NCBI GenBank assembly: GCA_964016885.1
Contig: OZ024743.1
Span: forward strand, 240,746,001 to 240,810,000
Reading direction: 5' to 3'
Source: Eledone cirrhosa
Taxonomy: Eukaryota
Length of the DNA stretch: 64,000 bases
The first letter of the stretch is position 1; every line of letters starts with the position of its first letter. Of this stretch, positions 42,219 to 55,844 are shown in pieces. Below the pieces are notes generated by a model that was given only the letters and a program-made list of their open reading frames with translations, did no database searches and was not told where the DNA came from. The translations under genes and the position numbers were made by a program.

Positions 42219-42539
42219 AATGCATATATATAGTTAAATATAAATGCTTGCATATTTATATACATATGTATACATATATATATCTATATACATATATTTA
42301 TATATATATATACATATAAATATATATATATGTGTGTGTATGTGTGTGTGTCTGTGTGTGTGTCTCTGCGTGTGTTTGTGTGTCTGTGTGTGTCTCTGTG
42401 TGTCTGTGTGTGTTTGTGTGTGCACGTAACTATATCGAGAACATGTGTCAAAATATGTGAAAAAAATGTTCGTATCTTCCTAATCGATGGTGTCTATTTG
42501 GTTTACTGTCATTTATTTTATTGTATTTTCCGTCTGATG

Positions 42540-42646
<107 letters not shown>

Positions 42647-42722
42647 CATATATATATATATGTGTGTATGTATGTTTATACATATATAACATATATATAT
42701 GCGTGTGTATATATATATATGC

Positions 42723-42769
<47 letters not shown>

Positions 42770-43266
42770 TTATGCATACATATACAGACACATACACACA
42801 CATATATAAATATCTAAACACATATGTATAACCATATATATATATATTTACCCACACATGTGCCTGTGTAGATGCGTACATAAGTATAGAACCGAATAGA
42901 TGTTCTCACTTATAAACACACGCATATTGCGATAAACAGAAACACTATGGGAAAATATTTCCGACATACTAATGACACACATGCAACAGACTGCCAATCA
43001 CAGCGTCATGCTGAATTTCTTTAACGTGGCAACCATTTTAAACACACCATCTATCAATCTTCTCTTTAACTTGCTGACTGGCAAATTTTATTGAGATTTG
43101 AAAAAAAAAGATGTTTGAATTAAAAAAATAAAATCAACACACAACAGAAGCCAATAAAATAATACCAACTGAAATAAGAACGATTTAAGCAAGGTAAAAG
43201 AGCATTATATATATATACCGATATTTAATATCTTTCTCAGTCTCTCTCCTTTTCAACTAAACATCT

Positions 43267-43299
<33 letters not shown>

Positions 43300-43335
43300 A
43301 TATATATATATTCGTTTCTCTCTCTATATATATTC

Positions 43336-43371
<36 letters not shown>

Positions 43372-45420
43372 GTAAAAACACCCTCCGGTCACGAATGATC
43401 ATGGGTTTGCCCCTAGAAAGTTTCCCCTTTCTAGGCGCAATCCTGGGCAATGTGATTTTTGTGAAAGTCCAGTAGCTGCCCATGCTAACAGTCTACTCTC
43501 ACTACGCCACTAATTTTGTCCAGGGGAAAGGCAGAAGACAATACAGTGTCATCGCAATTCATATCTTCAGCTGAGTGAACTGTAACAACGCGAAATAGAG
43601 TGTTTTGTTCAAGGACACAACGCATGGCTTGCCTATTGCAAATCCAACTCTCTAACTATAAGCCTCTTGCCTTCACACATATATACTAGTACATGTTAAG
43701 TATGTGACATATTTCCAGTATATCATATATTTAACATAGACTCCTATCAGTAAAATATGCTGGCTCATCACTTCCTTTCCTGATGACTTCGTTGCACCTT
43801 ATACTAACGTTGCCCGTCCTTTATCTGATACACATACACATTAACACACGCGCGCGCGTCCACACACACACACACACACACACTTATGGAAAATAATAAT
43901 GCAAATTTACAGTACACAACGAAAAGAAATTAGTTATGCATTAATTTTTTTTTCATTCTGCATTGTAAATATTTACGTACGAGTTATAAAAAACATTTTG
44001 TACAGCAAATTTTAACACCATTTTCCTAAATATAACGTGAGTTGTACATTTTCTTAATTCTACCTTTTGGGAAACGTTTTTATTCTCTCTCTAAATATTC
44101 ATGTATATGTGGTTTGAAATAGCACAGGTATTAGAATATCGGATACAATTCTGTGGAGTATTAGATTCAGCATCCTGGATTCAAATCCAGCTAAGTTCAA
44201 ATTTTCTTCTTATCCTTTCGAGGTCGATAAAAATATCCCATTGACGTACTGAGGTAGATCTTTCCTCTATATCTCTTTTTCACTTCTTCACGCTCACTTT
44301 CTCTCTCTCTTTCTTTGGAGGAAATCGGCTGTGTTCCGACTTGGAGAGGTGATGGGCTCCGCTAAGTTTAAAATGCCCAAGACAGATCGTATGTTACGTC
44401 AGCACCCATATAACCAAGTCACGCGTTCATACTTACATTTATGAGAAACGACATTTCCTTGTCAAAACATGTATTGCTGAATAAATCATCACAACTGACT
44501 TGTTCAAACATTATTAGGAATATATTTTGTTTATCGAGTAACGTTTAGACAAAACTTCGTCATAGCGACGACTCAAATCTTTCTCAATTATTCTCTACAA
44601 TATGTTTTGACATATGTTTGACATGTGTTTGTGCATGTCGTGTTTTCTGGGTTCCAGAAAAAAAAAAAAAATGAAATTAAACAAAAAAACGTATAGTTTT
44701 TTTCTCTCGCCTATCTCCTGTTTTCTGACACACACTTATAACAAACAATTTCACTGCTTGACAAATAAATAGATGTAAAAGGTCATGTGTGACTCTGTTA
44801 CCGTGATAAAACCGTATATATAATGTTTTTAACATTTAAAGTTAAATTCTGTTATCGCCATATTTGATCCCTCACTACCAGTCACACACATTACGTACAT
44901 GTAGAGAACCGCGCAGGCTCACACACACATGTCTCTGGCAACCGTTTCGTCGCCTCCACATGCACTTTATACGAAAGATGACATAACTATAGCTTAGTGT
45001 TTCCACCTAATTTTGTTTCCTCTTAACTTTCATAATAGATATTTTGCCAAGATGCGTTTTCGAAGGTTTAAATTACGACCATGTAGATGCCCTCTTTTTT
45101 AAATTAGCCGAATATGTCTGTAATCTAAAACCGAAAGTTTACTGAAACTATTTCAGAAAAATAATAAGATAGTCTGTGACATTTTCGTTGAAAACGATCT
45201 GTCCTTATGAAACATTTGAACTGCATAAGAGCAAAGATTTAGCCTTCAATTAGGAACATACATACGTACATAAATACATACAAACATAGATACATACATG
45301 CAAACATACATACATGGATACATACATGCATGCATACATATATACAAACATATAATTACATATATACATATCGTACATATTTACTGCATGTGTATAATGT
45401 ATATATGTATATATATGTAT

Positions 45421-45473
<53 letters not shown>

Positions 45474-45565
45474 TTTCAGTACGTCCTCGTCAGATAAAAT
45501 ATATGAATTGATGTATGATGGAATTGAACCATCAAGACCGTTGAGGTATGTCATACATCAATTCA

Positions 45566-45635
45566 TGTATTTTATCTGACGAGGACGTACTGAAAAAACA
45601 GCACAGTACCTTCGAAATATATATAATAAAACATA
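45566..45635 (+). ncRNA. Type I hammerhead ribozyme preceded by an inverted partial copy (45470-45528)
   Basis: TTTTAT-CTGACGA-GGACGTACTG(AAAAAACAGCA)CAGTACCTTC-GAAA-TATATA-TA-ATAAAA. Confidence 0.82.
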
Positions 45636-45774
45636 TATTTTGATTATGTGAATGTCTTCATTTATTAATATTTTGAATAATATTAATAACTCCAGAAAAC
45701 TTACTAGTAGAGTGCTTTTAATCTATTGCTAAACTATATTCATTGAGTAATCAATGAACCGTATTAATCTTTGG

Positions 45775-45859
<85 letters not shown>

Positions 45860-46325
45860 TAATTTAATATATCTACGAACATAAGCGCACAGATGTACGC
45901 TAATGCCAGCAAATACACAGGTTATGTCATAGTACCTAGGTGGTTCAATGCAGGAGAATGCAGAACAATAATATAAAAGACGTAAAATAAGAAAATTTAA
46001 AAATCTGTGCGCTTATGTTGGTAAATATATTAAATTATCTATATTTATCTCAAACCACTGATTTGTCGAGCAAACCTGCCAAAACCACTTCTAAATTTTT
46101 TTTGGGGGTGTTAGTAGGCGTCTGTCATCTTACCATCCCATTCCTACTGACTAGCCTCTGTGTCACGTGATTGATTCTTTAGAATCGGCCATATGATCAG
46201 TGGCAGTGAGAATTTTCAGTAGCTGGAATCCAGTCCTCGATAGCTGTTCCATTTACCGAATTATTATTATTTTTATATGAGTCCCCAGTGTCCGCGCATC
46301 GCCTGGAGACTCGGCTGAGAATGAC

Positions 46326-46405
46326 CTCCCTGATGACGCAATGAAATTCTCAACAGTTCATTACGTAACTGTCTTTATCCCATTGCAGAAACTAATTAGT
46401 TGGAG
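46326..46405 (+). ncRNA. Type I hammerhead ribozyme in element ~45856-46478 (5' inverted repeat 45856-45895 / 46003-46043)
   Basis: CTCC-CTGATGA-C-GCAATG...CATTGC-A-GAAA-CTAATTAG-TT-GGAG; palindromic stem III. Confidence 0.82.
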
Positions 46406-46472
46406 TGAAAATTTAAGTAAGTAAGTTAATTTAAAAAAAAATTTTTTTTTTTTTAAATTTTCTTATTTTACG

Positions 46473-46613
<141 letters not shown>

Positions 46614-47320
46614 GATTGCTTGGAAAAATTAAATTTACCCTTCTTTCGGTAAACGAATATACTCGGAACGGCTGTTTCGCCCTGGGACCCAGTCCAACTT
46701 GTAATCCGCCGTACAACCGGTTATTGACCGCCAAACAGTACCTTTAAATTCTAGGCTTAATCATAACTTTTAACTTTATCATGTCTCCTTCTACTAGCAC
46801 TTAACTAAATCCCCCACCAGTGTGAATAACTAGTAATTGTTTGGTATATAAGATGGCCAACCGACGGTGGCGGACTTCCCGCTAGCACACACGACGCTTA
46901 AGACAGCTAACATTCCTGGAGTCCTCGGAAAAATAAATTTCCCTTTCCTTCTCTAGATGAAAATACTCGGAACGGTTGACACACCGTTGGGCCCCGGGCT
47001 CTGTTATTTTAATAAATATTTGCTTTAAGTTTCTGATATATTTGATATATATTTATCCTTATCGAGCCCCCTTTGGATTTTAGTCTTCACATTTATTATT
47101 ATTACTATATATATGTACGGGGTAGATGAAAAGAAACTCCTTATTAAAAATTACATTTGGTCTAATGTGACCACTTGGGACAACATAAATGACGTCATAT
47201 TCAGCATGTTTGGGCCCCTCCTCATTTTGAACGCACTGTCAATGATTGGCTTGATGTCCAATTTCCAGAACCTTGGCTGGTTTCGTCGGACTATCTATAT
47301 ATATGTGTATCTGTATGTGT

Positions 47321-47359
<39 letters not shown>

Positions 47360-47586
47360 CGCGTGTATATATATATTTGTGTGTGTGCATACGTGTGCGC
47401 GTATGAGACCAGTGTATATAGGAGACAGACACCCACATATACATTTACATACTCTCAAACACATACGCACACACACACACACAACATATATATATATGAA
47501 CCTTCCAATTTAATTTTTCATTATTTTTCATAATTTTTCATCATTTTTAAGTGACATGATTTAAAAAAAGATTTTTTTAAGTGAAC

Positions 47587-48054
47587 GTGACCCAACAGAT
47601 CACGAGTGGTCTAGTTTATACTTTGACCCAACAGTTCACGAGTGGTCTAGTTTATACTTTGACCCAACAGTTCACGAGTGGTATAGTTTATACTTTGACC
47701 CAACAGTTCACGAGTGGTCTAGTTTATACTGTGACCCAAGAGTTCACGAGTGGTCTAGTTTATACTGTGACCCAACAGTTCACGAGTGGTCTAGTTTATA
47801 CTGTGACCCAACAGTTCACGAGTGGTCTAGTTTATACTGTGACCCAACAGTTCACGAGTGGTCTAGTTTATACTGTGACCCAACAGTTCACGAGTGGTCT
47901 AGTTTATACTGTGACCCAACAGTTCACGAGTGGTCTAGTTTATACTGTGACCCAACAGTTCACGAGTGGTCTAGTTTATACTGTGACCCAACAGTTCACG
48001 AGTGGTCTAGTTTATACTGTGACCCAACAGTTCACGAGTGGTCTAGTTTATACT
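47587..48054. repeat. 36 bp minisatellite, ~13 near-identical copies
   Basis: GTGACCCAACAGTTCACGAGTGGTCTAGTTTATACT; no spacers, so not CRISPR. Confidence 0.95.
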
Positions 48055-48169
48055 AAACTCGTCCTATGGATTGAATGTTCTTACCTTTGGATATTTCTAC
48101 CAAATCATTACTACAGTATATATATATAATTTCATACATATATACTTACATAAACATATCTCTATATAT

Positions 48170-48509
<340 letters not shown>

Positions 48510-48595
48510 TATGTACTAGGTGAGTTTTATTGTAGTACAATAAAGCAATGCAGATATCGGATAAGAAGCACTCTACAGTTTGTAGGACTGGAGTA

Positions 48596-48951
48596 TACAT
48601 AATATATAAGAACAAAAGATGGTTAAAAGAGTTCCATGTATTTTATTATGCGCATTTCAAAAACAAATATCATCATGCAATAATATTTGTGTTTTGATCA
48701 GATAAAACAGGAAAACATGATATGAAGGTTAAAAAATACTTGTGGATAGTGCAGTTTTAAATCAACATATGTTGATTTAAACATATGTTGATTTAAAACT
48801 GCACTATCCACAAGTGTTTTTTAACCTTCATATTATGTTTTCCTGTTTTATCTGATGAAAACACAAATATTATTGCATGATGATATTTGTTTTTGAAATG
48901 CGCATAATAAAATACATGGAACTCTTTTAACCATCTTTTGTTCTTATATAT

Positions 48952-48956
<5 letters not shown>
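48596..48956. repeat. Palindromic element (~175 bp arms) with HHR; minus-arm core mutated (CTGATCA)
   Basis: Arms reverse complementary around ~48777. Confidence 0.9.
48846..48912 (+). ncRNA. Type I hammerhead ribozyme
   Basis: TTTTAT-CTGATGA-AAACACAAATATTA...TGATATTTGTTTTT-GAAA-TGCGCA-TA-ATAAAA. Confidence 0.82.
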
Positions 48957-49012
<56 letters not shown>

Positions 49013-49013
49013 C

Positions 49014-49141
49014 TAGACGTAGTTCCACAACAGTTAGTTCACCATACCGAGAACAAATGTTTCACCTTATTTGGAGAGGATCTGCTAAGGTGAAACATTT
49101 GTCCTTGGTATGGTGAACTAACTGTTGTGGAACTACTTCTA
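49014..49141. repeat. Foldback (~45 bp arms) containing a probable HHR 3' half
   Basis: TAAGGT-GAAA-CATTTG-TC-CTTGG and its inverted copy; 5' core missing. Confidence 0.55.
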
Positions 49142-49668
49142 CCAAACTCATCCCATGGACTGAGTGTTCTACTACTACGGATATAAACCACCAGTGTCCT
49201 ACTATTATATATAATTCATACCAATCAATCAGTCTATCGATCAATCGATTAGTAATTGAATATTTTCATGTATCAAATGAAAATGTGATAAATGAGATAA
49301 TTTTCTGGGTAATCGAAATAAGGGTGTACGTCATTCACTCATTTAAATTGATATAATTGATTGATTTAAACAGCCCAAGTTACCACCCTGACTAACACAA
49401 CAACCACCGGCACCGCCACCAGTCGATAAAATGATACACCAATGTGCGATTCGTTCTCCCTGACCTCGAGTAACAAATGAAACCAGAATGAGTTTTCGAA
49501 GTTATCATGCTTCACTCGAAAGTTGTACATTAATTGTACAGTCAAAAGTATGTAGTGAACTGGATTTAATTGCATCATTTAATGTTACAGCAAAATATAC
49601 TTAGAATATTCTCATCGAAATACTACGCATGTACCTACAAATTCCCTTCAAACACACACACAGAAACT

Positions 49669-49715
<47 letters not shown>

Positions 49716-49977
49716 CTATTTATAATATAATACACATACTGTATATCTACAATGATATATATATATATATATATTTTATATATATATATATGGGGGAATG
49801 CATACTTACACACACGCACTCACACACACACACACACACATACACAGACACAGCTTAAAACAATAAGACAAGATGCTATGAGAAGAAATTAGAATCACTA
49901 ACAATAGTAATGAGAGGAAAATTGTATTATTTCTGCAAACAAAAACATTTCGGTGAATATACATGTATATATCGAGA

Positions 49978-50077
<100 letters not shown>

Positions 50078-50399
50078 CAGACAAAGGAGGAGACGTGAGA
50101 GAGTGAGGTGGCCATGGTATGGAAGGTATCCAAATGGTTATTGGAGCAAATATTCTGTCCATTTGTCTGGCACTCGTTCGATGTGAATAAGAGTGAAATT
50201 ATCGAGTAAATAGAACACAAACATATAGATACATACATTAACGCCATAGGTATGTATATGTATATATATATATATATAAATATATAAATATATATATATA
50301 TATATATACATATATATATACACATATATATATATACACATATGTATGAATGTACCATATATATATGTGTGTATATATATACATACACCTCTATATGTA

Positions 50400-50477
<78 letters not shown>

Positions 50478-50522
50478 AAATAACAGGAGGCTGGACTGGT
50501 GTAAATCCTTGAAAGGTTTATT

Positions 50523-50580
50523 ATACTATGATCATTTCAATGACCGGGTTCAGTGTGAATCCGGTGACATCATCAGGTAT
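50523..50580 (-). ncRNA. Type I hammerhead ribozyme in a ~235 bp element between (TA)n tracts
   Basis: Minus strand ATAC-CTGATGA-TGTCACCGGATTCA(CAC)TGAACCCGGTCATT-GAAA-TGATCA-TA-GTAT. Confidence 0.82.
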
Positions 50581-50707
50581 TCAAAATATAACAAAGGAAT
50601 ATAACAGATAAAATCCATGGGGCTGAAAATCAGAGACAAGAGGACGACCGACTATTTATCAGCTTCTACCTCAGTCGGCCGCCCTCGAGTGTTGATTACT
50701 AAGTCTA

Positions 50708-50793
<86 letters not shown>

Positions 50794-51258
50794 ATAAAAT
50801 GGGGAGAAAAATACTGCTGGTAGCACATGGATAACATGTAATAAAATAAGTCCCTCATCAGTGATTTGCCGACGATCATAGATATTTCATTGCATTAAAA
50901 ATCATATACCTCACGTCGGTGCAATAATAACTAAATTAAGTTATTAAGACAATTAAAACGCGTAAAGCGAGTGAGACAAGAAAACAACAAAGAGTAGAGC
51001 TAACTGTAGAAGGAAGGAGACACGCTTCATAGTTATTCTGTTAGCATAAGCTAGGTGAATATATGAGCGCTTAGAAAAAAGACCTTTCACGAACGAATGC
51101 AATGTGAGAAAAGAGAGAAATTGCTTTCTTCGCGAACGGGGTGAAGTGAGGAGAAGAGAAACAGTGAGTGAGTGAGTGAGTGGAAGTGTGAGGAAGAGTT
51201 AACTGACATGACAGAGGGGGCGAAAGAAAGTAGGAGAAACAGAGAGAATGGGGGAGCA

Positions 51259-51341
<83 letters not shown>

Positions 51342-51737
51342 CAGAATCGCAGTTTGGGTAAATATATGTAATAAAATGGGGAGAAAAATACTGCTGGTAG
51401 CACATGGATAACATGTAATAAAATAAGTCCCTCATCAGTGATTTGCCGACGATCATAGATATTTCATTATGTGTGTGTGTGTGTGTGTGTGTGTTCTAAA
51501 AAGACAAACACAGAAAACATTAGACAAACTTGTTTCATGCTGGTGGGAACAGGAAAAAGTGTCTCAACGTATCGGACGCTAGTCTTTATTCAGGAAAGAC
51601 TATGGTTAGTATAAAACTGAAGTCTAAGAAAAAAATATTAAAGGGTTTATCAGGATGGGTGCAGAGAGCAGGCAAGTGGGGATGCAATGTGGGGATGTGG
51701 TCAGAAGCAGCAAGGGAGCGTCGGGGCTTCTCTTCCC

Positions 51738-51786
<49 letters not shown>

Positions 51787-52502
51787 TCTCTCTCTATCTC
51801 TCTCTCTCCCTCTATCTCTCTCTCCATCTCTCTCTCTCTCTCGCACTAATACTCGGTATCTGTGTTAAAGTAAGGCATGGCCATGGTTGCACCAGCTTTG
51901 CTTTAATCATAGATTTGCTCTGACTGACCTGAGATAAAAGTACATCAACAATAACACATTCCTCAATTTAATACTCCTGCCCAGGTCGACTTTAGAATTC
52001 ATACCTGACTCTCTAGCATGGCCGCAGCTCAATTACTGAAACTAGTAAAAGACTGAAAATGAGCAAAGGAAATTATTGATGGAATCTGTCCGCTTCTAAT
52101 GTCAGTCTAATTGAAAAACTCACTCAAGGGTAAATTTCATATTTCAATACTTAATGATACACATTTAATTTCTTAAGTGGTTCTGCTTCTCATCTGCTTC
52201 AGAGCTGCCTTAATTGTGTAACAATGAAACACTAGAATCCGAATGAAACCAGTGATGGACGTTCTGTGTCGGCGAAATAGCAGTAAGTACCAAAAGTTGG
52301 CAGAGTGCTATAAATTATTTTGCCTTAAGTAAGACATAGTAGAGTCAATCTAATGTTTCAGATAAACACGACCCCATGACGGTGCGAGAAGAAATGTGTA
52401 CTGTTAATTCTGGCTACATAAACTGATAGGAAGTAGGAAGTAGTGAGAGAGTGAGATAGCTAGATAGCTAGATAGAGAGTTAGAGAGAGAGAGAGAGAAC
52501 AG

Positions 52503-52680
52503 ATATAATTGTTTCTACTTTTGGCACAAGGCCAGCAATTACTCCAGTGCATTACTGGTACTTTATTTTATCGACCCCGTAAGGATGAAAGGCAAAGTTA
52601 ACCTTGGCATGATTTGAACTCAGAATGGAAAGGGCCATAACTCTTTGCGTCAAAGCATGGCGTCCGACCCTCTACCGCAA
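52503..52680 (-). mobile_element. Nin-domain tRNA-derived SINE
   Basis: Reverse complement of the SINE family core. Confidence 0.8.
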
Positions 52681-52880
52681 ATATAATAATAGTAAAATAT
52701 AAAGGTATGAGAGGGGAAGTTAAGAGATGCTATTGAAACAACAATCCAAACGCCAAGGAGATAAGGAGATATATATTCGCAAATTTGAAGAAATGGGAAA
52801 AGGAAGGTGATGGTTGACACACACAAACACACACACACACACACAAACACAAACACACACACACACATACATGTAAATAT

Positions 52881-52924
<44 letters not shown>

Positions 52925-53107
52925 TAAACAAATAATGAACAAACAATTCCTTATATTAAACAAAAAAAGTTCACTATTTAACGATCGTTTCTAGGGTATA
53001 TATGTGTTATAATTGGTATGCATATTCAACAGATCTATGTACAAAATTATACAAAATTATACAAATTATCAAGATTAAATATACATACCTAACACATATA
53101 TACGCCG

Positions 53108-53398
53108 TGTATGCTTGTATATAGGAATTTATATATGTGTATATATGTATGTATATGTATATGCGTGTATGTATATATGTGTATATGTGTCGTGTATATA
53201 TTTGTATGTCTCTCTATTTATATGTTTATCTTCGTATCTATGTGATATACGTGTGTGTGTGTGCACGTATGCATATGTATGTGTTTGTGTGTGTTTGTAT
53301 GTGTGTGTGTATATATGTGTATGTGCGCACACTCACATACACATATATATATATATATATGTGAGTGTGTATGTGTGTCTGTGTGTGTGTGTGTGTGT

Positions 53399-53449
<51 letters not shown>

Positions 53450-53589
53450 GATATATATATATATATATATATGTATATAGGTGTCTATGTGTGAATATAT
53501 GTCTTTATTCGTATGTGTGTATTTATGTATGTATATATTTATGTGTATATATGTATGTGTATGTATGTATGTATATATATATATATATG

Positions 53590-53622
<33 letters not shown>

Positions 53623-53905
53623 ATTATTCTTTATTTTATTGTAATATAACTTATGTGTATATGTGTATAAGTGAGGTTGTGTATGTATATATACTATGTG
53701 TATATATAAGAGTAATGAAATATATATATATATATATATATGTGCATGTCTGTTTTTTATGTGTGTGTATATATATATATATGTATGTCTATATATATAT
53801 ATATATATATGTATACGTGTGTGTATGTGGATATATATATATATATATACATGTGGGTGTTTGTATGTGTATTTATGGTGGTATGAGTGTGTGGATATAT
53901 ATGTT

Positions 53906-53936
<31 letters not shown>

Positions 53937-53943
53937 GAGTCTA

Positions 53944-53998
<55 letters not shown>

Positions 53999-54266
53999 GT
54001 ATGTGTATGTATGTGTGTGTGTATGTATATATATGTGTGTGTATGTATGTGTGTGTATATATATATATCTCTATTAATGCGTGTGTGTATGTATATACAT
54101 ATGCGTTTTTTTATTATTATTTTCATTTGTATGTCTGAGTTTGGTGAGGTGGTATTGTTTTTTATGTGTATACACATATATGGAAGCGTATGTATTTATT
54201 TATATGAGTATAAGTAGGTGCATATGTATGTATGATTATATATCTAATTCTATGTATGAAGGTACA

Positions 54267-54300
<34 letters not shown>

Positions 54301-54344
54301 TGTGTATGTAAGTTGTGTGTGTATGTATCTTTATGTCTATGTGA

Positions 54345-54396
<52 letters not shown>

Positions 54397-54485
54397 CGAT
54401 GTGTGTATATGTATGTACATGTATATACATGTATGTGTGTGTGTATGTGTATGTATATTTAGATGTATGGGTATGTATGTGTATG

Positions 54486-54546
<61 letters not shown>

Positions 54547-55713
54547 ATATATATATATATGGATATATATCTTTATTATCTATTTTTTATATATATGTGT
54601 ATGTGTGTATGTGTTGCGCGTGTGTGTGTTGTGTATATATATCTTTTTATATGTGTATGTGTATGTTCGTGTAAGTGTATGTGTGTGTATGACTGTATAC
54701 ATATGTGTGTATGTGTGTATGCGTAAATATCTCTATGTGCGCGTACATGTATGTATGTGTATGTATATCTGTATGTGTATGTACATTATATTATATTTAT
54801 TATATTTTATTGTTTTTATTTTTTTATTTTTCTTAATTTATAGATACATTTATATTAGGCAGTCTGCTCTGACAATCTAATACTGACCCCTCCCCCCCCT
54901 CCCACCTAATTTCTGTATCTTGATCTTGAAATGTGTGTGCCAGTGTTTTATGTGAGTGACTTAATTTCTATTTGCTTATGATTTTATATCCACATATATA
55001 AATGTGAGTGGGGGAGTGTGTGTGTTTGTGTGTTAGTGGTTATGTGTATATTTATGCATATACGCGCATGTATGTGTGATTATACTGATATGTGTGAGTA
55101 TGAAAAAAATATATTTATATGCTTGACTCCATAAGTATCATTGCGCATCTTATCAGCGCATTAAGCTTACAGAGATATTAACCTTGAAATTTTGTGTTTG
55201 CATCCATCTTTTTAGTATGCACATACAAATTATACACACATTATTGTAAAATATGTGTAAGGATTTTACATGTATATACACACACCAAACTGCTTTTAAC
55301 CCTTTGTGTTTTCATTGGTCAATTTTGAACTGATATTTTGAATTGTTGTTATTATCAATAAATATACTTCATTATTTCTGAAGACGGCGTATATATGTGT
55401 TAGGTATGTATATTTAATCTTGATAATTTGTATAATTTTGTATAATTTTGTACATAGATCTGTTGAATATGCATACCAATTATAACACATATATACCCTA
55501 GAAACGATCGTTAAATAGTGAACTTTTTTTGTTTAATATAAGGAATTGTTTGTTCATTATTTGTTTAATATTTTATCTTGACTCTGTATACCGTTTATCT
55601 TTCACCGAAAGTGGATTTTCATTACATCTCTTCTTTCCATGATATCTGGAATACATTGAGTTCTTCATACGGATTGGACACTACCGTAAACTCTTGGTAG
55701 ATTTATCTACATA
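53108..55713 (+). repeat. 5' pseudo-LTR (~2.6 kb)
   Basis: Near-identical to 59773-62370; offset drifts from 6665 to 6657 through microsatellite length differences. Confidence 0.92.
55368..55522 (+). ncRNA. Type I hammerhead ribozyme with ~115 nt extended stem II (5' pLTR)
   Basis: TTCATTATTT-CTGAAGA-[GTATATATGTGTTA..GGTATGTATATTTAA....TTGAATATGCATACC..TAACACATATATAC]-GAAA-CGATCG-TT-AAATAGTGAA. Confidence 0.88.
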
Positions 55714-55844
55714 ATTTTGCTCCTATTTTCACGGAAATATTCGTATTTTTGTACTGTATGTGTGTATTAATTTTATATTTATGTATAAACATATATATAT
55801 GTATGATTTTGTAAACCCATATACATTTAGTTGAGCTCTTTCAA

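Noticed and set aside
47581-48129. 182 aa repeat ORF or CRISPR-like array
   Set aside because: Tandem units without spacers in eukaryotic context; the ORF is a by-product of a stop-free 36-bp unit and lacks an ATG start.
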